Assembly: GCA_905197955.1 (NCBI GenBank)
Contig: CAJKAR010000013.1
Coordinates: 9,090 to 73,089 of the forward strand
Direction: 5' to 3'
Length of the DNA: 64,000 nucleotides
DNA from: an uncultured Lentisphaeria bacterium
GTDB lineage: Bacteria > Verrucomicrobiota > Lentisphaeria > Victivallales > UBA1829
Shown here: in pieces, positions 1-7,396 of the stretch
How the letters are laid out: each line of letters begins with the position of its first letter
Position numbering within the stretch: the stretch's first letter is position 1
The notes under the pieces: model-generated
Seen by the model: the letters and a program-made list of their open reading frames with translations, nothing else
Databases searched by the model: none
Told to the model about the DNA's origin: nothing
Program-made: the position numbers and the translations under genes

Positions 1-248
1 CCTGTGAGAACTTGAGAGTGGAGAAGTAGTTTCGCTGGAGTCCGACCCCATATGCAGCATGCCCGGGATGTGATCCGTCCGACTGCTCCGGGCATGTTGC
101 TGTCTTTTCCTCCGGCTCGAAAGATGAATGGCGCCGGAAGAATCCGGGCAGACGCGACGGCTTCGTTCTCCGAAGACGCTGCCGTCAGCAGACAGGAGGC
201 TGTTTTTCCCGGTTTGCAGCCGGATTTCCTGGAAGGAACGTTGTCCGA

Positions 249-966
249 TCAATCTGGTTGTTCCGGCCTTGTTCCGCTCAAATAGACCGTCGGATAATTT
301 TCTGCATCAAGCCGGTTGCCCAATCCCGGAGCAATCGCGATATAGGACTTTCTGAGTTCCCCGTCATTATCATTGACCAGTAAATTAAAGCGGAAGCTAT
401 CCGTTTTCCGTGGATTCAGACCGATTGCCGAGAAGGGAATGTCCACTTCATACACCGTCTGTTTGGTCCTTTCGTTCCGCGCTTCGGAGATAGAGTTTCC
501 GGGCTGTCTGTTTCGCCTGAAAGCATTCTGGTGACGACCAGATGAAAAACGTGGATTTTTCAGTGTTTTCATGAAACAATCCGATTTTCCACGGAGTTTT
601 CTGCGGATTCAAAGCAATCGCAAATTGCACGCTGTCGCTTTTCCAGGAGACTTCCTTAAAATCTTTCACCACATGATGATCGTCTGTGGCATCAATGCGC
701 AATTTCAAATTGCTGGAATCATGGGCAAGTCGGATCTCTGCACTGAGAGCTTTGGGACCGGACCAAAACAAATGGGCATTCTGTAGGTCATGGGCGACCA
801 GAGAGCCCACCTGCTCTGCCTGTCGGAGATGAAGCTGGGCCGTTTCAGGGAACAGTCCCCAGGGAATTTGAATTTTGCATTGAAGAGGAAATCGCAATTC
901 CCGTCCGGAAATATTCAGAACAACGGACTCCCGGACCGCAGATCTGGAAAAGGTTGAACCCGGACG
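249..966 (-). pseudogene. Decayed CBM9/DOMON-like carbohydrate-binding module gene fragment (frameshifted)
   Basis: Two overlapping minus-strand frames (966-448 and 572-249) read together as one module: ...AEIRLAHDSSNLKLRIDATDDHHV..WKSDSVQFAIAL.. then ..TVYEVDIPFSAIGL..FRFNLLVNDNDGELRKS. This is collinear with the C-terminal module of the 7397-10903 protein (RDSVELFVDQDP..YVWTFDIPV..ALDLAVNDSDGDRQKS). Joining the frames needs a 1-nt frame change near 455-465. The upper frame opens just after a stop at 967-969. There is no signal peptide or catalytic domain. Confidence 0.5.
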
Positions 967-1090
967 CTAAATTTTTTCTTTTCCCCGGGAAAAAGATCAA
1001 TGTCAGATGTCCATAAGTGTACGGAAAGGGATTTCGGCAGTTCTGCAGAAAAGCTCCAATGCAACGCTTGCCCGGAGAAATTATGAAAGG

Positions 1091-1301
1091 TGGTACTGCA
1101 AGGGTATTTTGGATACTTTTTGTTGAAAAGTCCAAAATACTCTTTTATTTTTTTCTACCAAATTTCGTTCTGCTTCACTCGGAGTCAATATTCCTTCTCA
1201 TCTGATGCGAGCGCGTAAGAAGGACCTTCTGGATCGCCTTATCTTAAAAGCCGATTCGGAGTTGCTCAATTTCATCATCCAAATATTCTTGATTTGTAAT
1301 C
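1091..1301. repeat. Direct repeat copy A (partner at 4931-5177)
   Basis: 1091-1195 aligns without gaps to 4931-5035 at a constant 3840-bp offset. My hand count is about 91/105 identical, including the identical run tgttgaaaagtccaaaatactcttttatttt. A second conserved block ends in ...caaatattcttgatttgtaatca. Confidence 0.8.
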
Positions 1302-1471
1302 ATATTTCTTCATGCTATTTTATTCTCATCGACAGAACAAGATTTATTATTGCATCATATTGACTGTCAATTTATTAACATGGAGAAAAGAGTCTCCTGT
1401 TTTTTTTACTGAAAAACAGAACCATTTATTCTCGCTCATGACATTCAACCCGGAAGTTCTAAAAGGTGCTA

Positions 1472-3499
1472 ATGGTTATGAAAAATTTACAAATAATAGT
1501 TTTATCAATATTTTTTCTCTTCAATCTCTGGGCTACAGAAGAAATCCCATTTGAAGAAAGAATTTTAATTTTAGATTATCCGTCGATGGTAGAGCTTCAA
1601 TTACCGAAAGGGTTGGTCTTAAAGCGCGATAAAAATGTTTGGTCCGGCGAATTTGAAAATACCTCATTTTTATTTTTTATTGAGGCATCAAATGGCATTG
1701 CTGCTCCAAGTTTTGAACAGTTAATCCCTAAAGAATTTAAAATTAAAGAGCACGATCTTGATTTTTATAATATAAAGCCTGTACAAAACAATCAATGGAA
1801 AGGGTTTCAGGCTCAGGCAAGACAGAATAAGCAGGGAGAGTTCGGGCTTGCTCTTGCAGTGGAGAATGAAGGTCTAAAAATTTTTATTCTGGTATCCTCC
1901 CGTACAGCAACCCCAAACACTGTTTTTGATCGTATTTTTAAATCTCTTTTTTTCTTTCACGTCAGCAATAAAATCAATTTTTATGCAGGAGGAAACGAAT
2001 GGGAGCTGACATTGCCATACCCCATGCCGTACAGATTCCCTTATTACTACATAAAAGGAAGAGTATTCGTTAAACTTCTACCGGCGATGAACGAAGAGTT
2101 ATTGTTTGTTTTTTATCCGGAAGGGAGTTCCGAGGCCGCGAAATGGCGTTACACTGACAGTCAAAAATATTATCAAAAGCATTCACCTTTAGAATCCATT
2201 GGCATTCGGGATGAGAAGCTGGGACTATGGACAGCTTCAATATACAAGAGTATGGAGAAAATACCTGTTTTATTTATTTTTGGTCAATATGATAAATATG
2301 TAGCGTTCCTTGATTTTGCTCCAAAAAATCTTACGCAGTACGACATTCAAATGTGTAAATCCATCATGGAATCCTTAAAACTGCGCAACCAGATGAAAGA
2401 GAAAACTGCATTGGATCGTATGAATGACAAATATGGTACTGGAATAACATCCGGCGGCGTAAATCGGCCGGAGCTCCCTTGTATGAATGATAAATATGAT
2501 ACTAGAATAATATCTTCAGAGCAAGATGGAGTAAAATTTTCTCTATGTCTCCCGAAAAATATGATTTTCAAAAAAGATGGTTACCACACTTTTATGGGGA
2601 CAGATCCGAAAGATGAAGTAGGCATCGTACTATCTCTAGGATATGGGAAATCATCTATTCCAAGTGGCGGTTATCAATTAGGATATACAAAATTTTTTTT
2701 AAAAGATTATCATCATAAGATACTCTATCGGGACAAATTCCATTATAACAACTGGTATGGAGAAAAGATATTAAGCATCAACAAGGATAACGTGGATATT
2801 ACAATGTTATTTATCTATAACAAGAGTTATTTTCTTTTTTTGTCTGCGATATCAAATGATCGTAAAATGAATAAAAAAATATTAGACAATATTTTGCGTT
2901 CAATAAAAATAATTAGTCCGGAAATAGTAAATGCAGGGGGAAATAATATTATTAAATTTTACACAAGCAATGGTATATGGAAAACAAGTATACCATCTGA
3001 TGCAGATTTTATTATACACAAAAACAATTTGATCGTTGATTTACCAAATGGGAATAGTATTACTGTCACATTTAAAAAAGAACTTACAGAGATGCTCGCT
3101 CTACAAAGGTATCATTCGATAACGCAAAAACTCCCTGAATATCTTTCTCCGACGGGAGCTTTTTACTCTCCGCGAGCTGGATGGGAAAAAGAACTTACAG
3201 AAATGTTCGCTTTACAAGGGCATCATTCGATAACGCAAAAACGCTCTAAACACCTTTCTCCGATGGGATTTTTCTATTCTCCGCGAACTGCATGGAAAAT
3301 TAGTTCATACGAAGGGAAAAATCATCGGGAGGAGTATGAGTTATTTTCAGCAGCTTGCCATGATAAGTATGTTATTTTCTTATCTTATTCTTCGAACGCT
3401 TATATATCGCCCTATGAAAAAGAATTATGCAGCTCAATTTTACTGACACTCCTCTTAAGCGAGCCCATAGTCCCCCTATCAGAAGATAAGGAAACATGA
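1472..3499 (+). CDS. Orphan secreted protein of unknown function, internally duplicated (about 675 aa)
   Basis: Long ORF in strongly AT-rich DNA. N-terminal signal-like segment MKNLQIIVLSIFFLFNLWA. No family motif recognised. The start is ambiguous (GTG 1466, ATG 1472 or ATG 1478) after aaaagg. It has a two-fold module architecture plus a 37-aa tandem repeat. Confidence 0.7.
   Translation: MVMKNLQIIVLSIFFLFNLWATEEIPFEERILILDYPSMVELQLPKGLVLKRDKNVWSGEFENTSFLFFIEASNGIAAPSFEQLIPKEFKIKEHDLDFYNIKPVQNNQWKGFQAQARQNKQGEFGLALAVENEGLKIFILVSSRTATPNTVFDRIFKSLFFFHVSNKINFYAGGNEWELTLPYPMPYRFPYYYIKGRVFVKLLPAMNEELLFVFYPEGSSEAAKWRYTDSQKYYQKHSPLESIGIRDEKLGLWTASIYKSMEKIPVLFIFGQYDKYVAFLDFAPKNLTQYDIQMCKSIMESLKLRNQMKEKTALDRMNDKYGTGITSGGVNRPELPCMNDKYDTRIISSEQDGVKFSLCLPKNMIFKKDGYHTFMGTDPKDEVGIVLSLGYGKSSIPSGGYQLGYTKFFLKDYHHKILYRDKFHYNNWYGEKILSINKDNVDITMLFIYNKSYFLFLSAISNDRKMNKKILDNILRSIKIISPEIVNAGGNNIIKFYTSNGIWKTSIPSDADFIIHKNNLIVDLPNGNSITVTFKKELTEMLALQRYHSITQKLPEYLSPTGAFYSPRAGWEKELTEMFALQGHHSITQKRSKHLSPMGFFYSPRTAWKISSYEGKNHREEYELFSAACHDKYVIFLSYSSNAYISPYEKELCSSILLTLLLSEPIVPLSEDKET
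3077..3298 (+). repeat. In-frame tandem repeat, 2 x 111 bp, inside the orphan CDS
   Basis: KELTEMLALQRYHSITQKLPEYLSPTGAFYSPRAGWE (3077-3187) is followed directly by KELTEMFALQGHHSITQKRSKHLSPMGFFYSPRTAWK (3188-3298). Confidence 0.9.
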
Positions 3500-3510
3500 T
3501 GATAAGCGTA

Positions 3511-4674
3511 ACGTCATAAATAATTGAATAATAAATTCTGCCAGATACCAATGCCGATTTTAGGATTGACTGCCAGTTTTCCAAATGTCCATGCCCCGAT
3601 CACTTTTCGGATTCGGGAAATGATTTCTTCACAACCTCCTCTGATAGCTTTGGGCAAAGAGCAGACACGTGGCTTGAGCCATCTCCAAACTTGTTCTGTG
3701 GGATTATACTCAGGCGAATAGGCCGGAAGCGTAAAAAATCTTCAGGTTGGGATTTCGTTTTATAAACTCCTTGATATAACGACAGATATGTATGGATGCA
3801 TTATCCAGAACAAGGATCGTTTTTGAGTTTGAGCAATGTCCGATCAACTGATGCAGAAAGGCTTTGAAGGCCTGACTGTTACTTTTTTCTGCACTCTTCC
3901 AATAAAAAGATTTTGTCTGCGGTCTGTATGCGCCAAAAATTGTGATGGACTTCCTGTTGCGACTTGTCTCGAGGGAAAAAATCTTCGCCTCTGCGATACC
4001 AGCCACGAACAACATATGGCTCTGTTGAAAAGTGTGATTCATCGACAAAAAATACATCCACATCCGAATCCTTTTTCAATTTCAGGATTTCGGCGGCTAT
4101 TTCCTGAACCCGAGCAAGTTTTTCTTCTTTTGAAGGTGCTGTTGCCGGGACTCCCTTCCAAGGGCGCTTGTAGGAATAACCGCAATCTTTCAGCAATCTC
4201 TCAAGAGTGGATATTCCCACCGTTTTTTCTGTATCTTTTTCAGCTGCTCTTTCAACAGAGGCATTGTCCAGCAATCCTCATACCAGCCATATGTACACGG
4301 TGATCTGGACAGATACTCCTCAACTTTAGGACGGAGAACTGTGTTTCGACCACTCGGGCGTCCAGGGGAATAACTGCGCTCAAGACCGTGGATGCCATCC
4401 TTGCGATATCGCTCTATCCATGTACGGATCGTTAAAATACGCCGGTTCAGTGCGTTGGCGATCCAGGTAATCTTTTGACCGTTTGCACAGTGGAGTATTG
4501 CAAGGCTCCGCTCACGCATAAGACCAGAGCCATTATTCTGCAAATTCAATAATTCCCGTCTTGCGGATTCCGACAGCTCAAGCTTGACTATTTTCATACT
4601 GCTCCTTTGATTGCTTTTGTTTCACCAAAGGATAATATACATCATTTTATCTATTTATCAAATATATATGACGA
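3511..4674 (-). mobile_element. IS630-family insertion sequence (inactive copy), 1164 bp
   Basis: Imperfect terminal inverted repeats: 3511 acgtcataaataattgaataataa versus the reverse complement of 4651-4674, tcgtcatatatatttgataaatag (18/24 by hand). It is flanked by TA on both sides (3509-3510 and 4675-4676), consistent with the TA target duplication of IS630/Tc1-mariner elements. It encodes an IS630-type transposase. Confidence 0.8.
3514..4597 (-). pseudogene. IS630-family DDE transposase, broken by three frameshifts
   Basis: Four consecutive minus-strand frames hold the parts:
- the HTH part (4597-4190, ...ITWIANALNRRILTIRTWIERYRKDG..)
- ..TLERLLKDCGYSYKRP..VFFVDESHF.. (4274-3879)
- ..SITIFGAY..ILVLDNASIH.. 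(4063-3710)
- ..LPAYSPEYNPTEQVWRWLK.. (about 3728-3514)
All DD(E) blocks are present but no single frame is open. Confidence 0.8.
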
Positions 4675-4930
4675 TAAACTTAAAGCGTAAAAGATAAGAC
4701 TTCTTCTGATAAAATAAGAAAAAGATGCTATATTTAACGATAACGTCCGGAAAATGGCGTACATTTTGATCTAGGTACATGGAATCAGGAAAGAAGCTCT
4801 ACATGGATTTTAAAGGAGCTGGCGGAGAATTTTTCGAGAAGATGAATTTGCTACCCATTTGAGACTTAAAAAATTCGCCGTTTTGAGGTGGAGAGAAAAG
4901 TTAGTTCAAAGTCCCCTTACCACCACCATT

Positions 4931-5177
4931 TGATACTGTAAGGGTATTTTGGAGATTTTTTGTTGAAAAGTCCAAAATACTCTTTTATTTTTATCTGCAA
5001 AATTCTGTTCTGCTTCTCTCGAAGTCGCCATTCCTAACTTTTACTATGGGTGTGCATGGCTGGAGAATCGTGATACAGCGTTATCTGAAAAGAGCCTTCC
5101 GAATTGCTTTTTTTTAAAAGGCTACCCAGAAACATCCGCTCAAATCCATCATTCAAATATTTTTGATTTGTAATCAG
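4931..5177. repeat. Direct repeat copy B (partner at 1091-1301)
   Basis: See copy A. Copy B carries an extra stretch of about 31 bp (about 5108-5138) in the second block and ends in ...caaatatttttgatttgtaatca. Confidence 0.8.
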
Positions 5178-5414
5178 ATTCAGGAAAAAACAGGCTTCTG
5201 TTTCAGCAAACTTCTGATTCGGACATGTCTTATTCAATCGGAAAGACTTCTCCGCGAAGTGGATCTTCCGGTATCCGTAGTTTCCCGGAAAACAGTTTTG
5301 GAAATCCATCCCACTTTTTTCCGAGCGTTCCGGAAACATTTTCACATGCCTCCTGCCAACTACTGGAGAATAAAAGAGTCTGGAAAAGAAAATGAAAGTG
5401 ATCAGAAATTCTAA
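5118..5414 (+). pseudogene. Truncated AraC/XylS-type HTH domain remnant
   Basis: The frame opens after a stop at 5115-5117 and reads ..TGFCFSKLLIRTCLIQSERLLREVDLPVSVVSRKTVLEIHPTFFRAFRKHFHMPPANYWRI. This matches the second HTH and tail pattern of AraC regulators (compare ..RMQFAVEMLEHTEEPISRIAEKCGYTDPFVFSRAFKRQTGISPQKHRK at 18141-19037). There is no N-terminal sensor domain. Confidence 0.45.
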
Positions 5415-5567
5415 AACGAACTTCTGAAAAGTCTTTCAGGTTACATTGCTCCTGGGCTTCTTTTGGGGCAGATACGTAATTTTCGTTGTTTTATTTATAC
5501 ATGGGAACTCCCCCCTTTCTTGTCACATTTACGCCAATTTTTCCTGAAAAAAGCAGATTGAAACAGA

Positions 5568-5595
5568 TTGACTTTTCAGACGGATATCGTAAAAT
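5568..5595 (+). promoter_or_regulatory. Candidate sigma70-type promoter of the LacI-headed operon
   Basis: TTGACT, 16 nt, TAAAAT, about 40 nt upstream of the ATG at 5635. A short direct repeat cagattga x2 overlaps the -35. Confidence 0.35.
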
Positions 5596-5634
5596 TATAA
5601 AAAGAAGAAGCAGTGGAAGGACCGGAGCAGGACT

Positions 5635-6606
5635 ATGAGAAAGATTCTGTTAAAGGAGATCGCGGAAAAAGCGGAAGTTTCCGTTCGGACCGTTCTGCGC
5701 GTCCTGAACGGAGAAGAACATGTTAGAACATCTACAAGACGACACGTCTCTGCGGTCCTCTCCCGGTATGGTTATCTGCTTCGTCAAGGGTCCCGACGGG
5801 AAAAGCTGCTGGTCTACGGGCGGAAGAACAATCCCATGATAGAACTTCTCCTGAAAGGGCTTTTTCAGGAAGAGTATGAAGTCCGGTGCCTTTCCTATTC
5901 CGATTCCCCCAAAGTTCAGCGGGAGGCTTTTGAAAATGCGGATATCGCCGTACTCTTTTCGAATCCGATGGAATCCGATATGGAGCGCATCCGGGAGTGG
6001 AACCCCGATGTGTTCCGGATCGTCTGCAGCTATGGATACGTGCATGACGCGGAACTGCTGATTACTCCCAACAACCAGGGAATCGGTTCTTTTGCCGCGG
6101 ATTATCTTTGCGGGGAGATGGGATACCGAACCGTTTTTGCGATTCTGCCGGAAACGGGCATTGATTTTGCAGAGCGGATCAAGGCATTTGCAGGTCAGGT
6201 GCTGATTCAGTATCCTTCGGTGGAACTGAAGGTGTTCCCATCGCTTCTATCTGAAGAAACGTTCGACACCTTTTTCCGGGAGTTCCCGTTCCGCGGTGCC
6301 GGAGTGTTCATTCCAGGCTGCGTGCTGACTAGAAATTTTGTCCTGGCGGCGGAAAGACATGATGTCCGGATCCCGGATGACATCGGATTGATCTCCTGCG
6401 ACAATCCCGAACACTATATGACTGGAGAACGGAGAACTGGATGGAAATTCCCAAGCTTTATTGAATTTCATGAAGAACAGGTCGTTGAATGGGTTCTATA
6501 TTATTTGAAATATCGTCCAAGGACCATTCTGACTCCTGCTGTGACTTATCTTCCATTTACCCTGGTGGAAAACAATTCAACAATCAAACATTGGAAAGGA
6601 CTCTGA
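5635..6606 (+). CDS. LacI-family transcriptional regulator
   Basis: N-terminal LacI HTH (ILLKEIAEKAEVSVRTVLRVLNGEEHVRTSTRRHV) followed by a periplasmic-binding-protein-like sugar-sensor fold of typical length. Confidence 0.85.
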   Translation: MRKILLKEIAEKAEVSVRTVLRVLNGEEHVRTSTRRHVSAVLSRYGYLLRQGSRREKLLVYGRKNNPMIELLLKGLFQEEYEVRCLSYSDSPKVQREAFENADIAVLFSNPMESDMERIREWNPDVFRIVCSYGYVHDAELLITPNNQGIGSFAADYLCGEMGYRTVFAILPETGIDFAERIKAFAGQVLIQYPSVELKVFPSLLSEETFDTFFREFPFRGAGVFIPGCVLTRNFVLAAERHDVRIPDDIGLISCDNPEHYMTGERRTGWKFPSFIEFHEEQVVEWVLYYLKYRPRTILTPAVTYLPFTLVENNSTIKHWKGL

Positions 6607-6608
6607 GT

Positions 6609-7373
6609 ATGTGCGGAAATGACGGCATTCCCATCTGCAGGAAATTTACTTTGCTGGAACTTTTGATTGTGATTGCAATAATTGCGATTCTTGCATCGAT
6701 GCTTCTTCCGGCCTTGAACCGGGCGAGAACAAGCGCACAGACAGCCGCATGCACCGGACAGGTAAAACAACTGGTAACAGCGAATGCCATGTACATGGGG
6801 GATTTCGATGACTGGATCTATCCTTTTTACACGGACTTTTACGGGCAGACCTGGGTACGTGCGCTGGAGCCGTATCTGTTCTCCGGGAAACTGGAGGAGG
6901 ATCGTTTCCGGTTTTCCTCGGAGAGAACAGCGAAACTGTTTCTTTGTCCGGGAGATGTTCACACGTTCCGGGGACGCAAGGATAATGTCGCCTGTTCCGA
7001 AGAGAGTTGCGGAGGTCTTCTGCCAAACCGCCAGTCTTATGGAATCAACTATTTTTTCCAGAAAGGGGTCTCGCCGGACAGAATCGGCAAACGGGTGAAT
7101 GAACTGATGGTGAAGGATTCCCATGAGAATTTCACGATCCGGGCGGGAGGTTTTGCCGTTTATCTTACGGAAGTCAAGTGGAACACGTCGAACCACTACC
7201 ATGCGACGGGAATGGAACGGATGGATCTTCTCCGTCATGACGGGCGGAACAATATCGCTTTTCTGGACTGCAGTGTCCGCGCTTATGTTACAAGCGGCTG
7301 GCTTGCGGTTTCCGGCGCGCCCGGAACCTATTTCGACCAGAGAAGTTTTTATTCAAACTTTTTAAAACGATAA
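6609..7373 (+). CDS. Prepilin-type N-terminal leader / H-X9-D(G) (DUF1559-like) protein
   Basis: FTLLELLIVIAIIAILASMLLPALNRAR pilin-like hydrophobic N-terminus. C-terminal HDGRNNIAFLDCSV is an H-x9-DC variant of the H-X9-DG motif. The ATG at 6609 lies 2 nt after the lacI-family stop. The longer ORF-track start at 6489 overlaps lacI and is rejected. Confidence 0.8.
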   Translation: MCGNDGIPICRKFTLLELLIVIAIIAILASMLLPALNRARTSAQTAACTGQVKQLVTANAMYMGDFDDWIYPFYTDFYGQTWVRALEPYLFSGKLEEDRFRFSSERTAKLFLCPGDVHTFRGRKDNVACSEESCGGLLPNRQSYGINYFFQKGVSPDRIGKRVNELMVKDSHENFTIRAGGFAVYLTEVKWNTSNHYHATGMERMDLLRHDGRNNIAFLDCSVRAYVTSGWLAVSGAPGTYFDQRSFYSNFLKR

Positions 7374-7396
7374 ATACACGAAAGGAAATATATCGC

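Noticed and set aside
3514-4597. Programmed ribosomal frameshifting in the IS630 transposase
   Set aside because: Three separate frame changes are required, with no shared slippery motif noticed. Decay is the simpler explanation.
5034-5345. 103-aa minus-strand ORF overlapping repeat copy B
   Set aside because: It has no recognisable motif. The opposite strand carries an AraC-HTH-like frame. The equivalent frame in repeat copy A is interrupted by stops.
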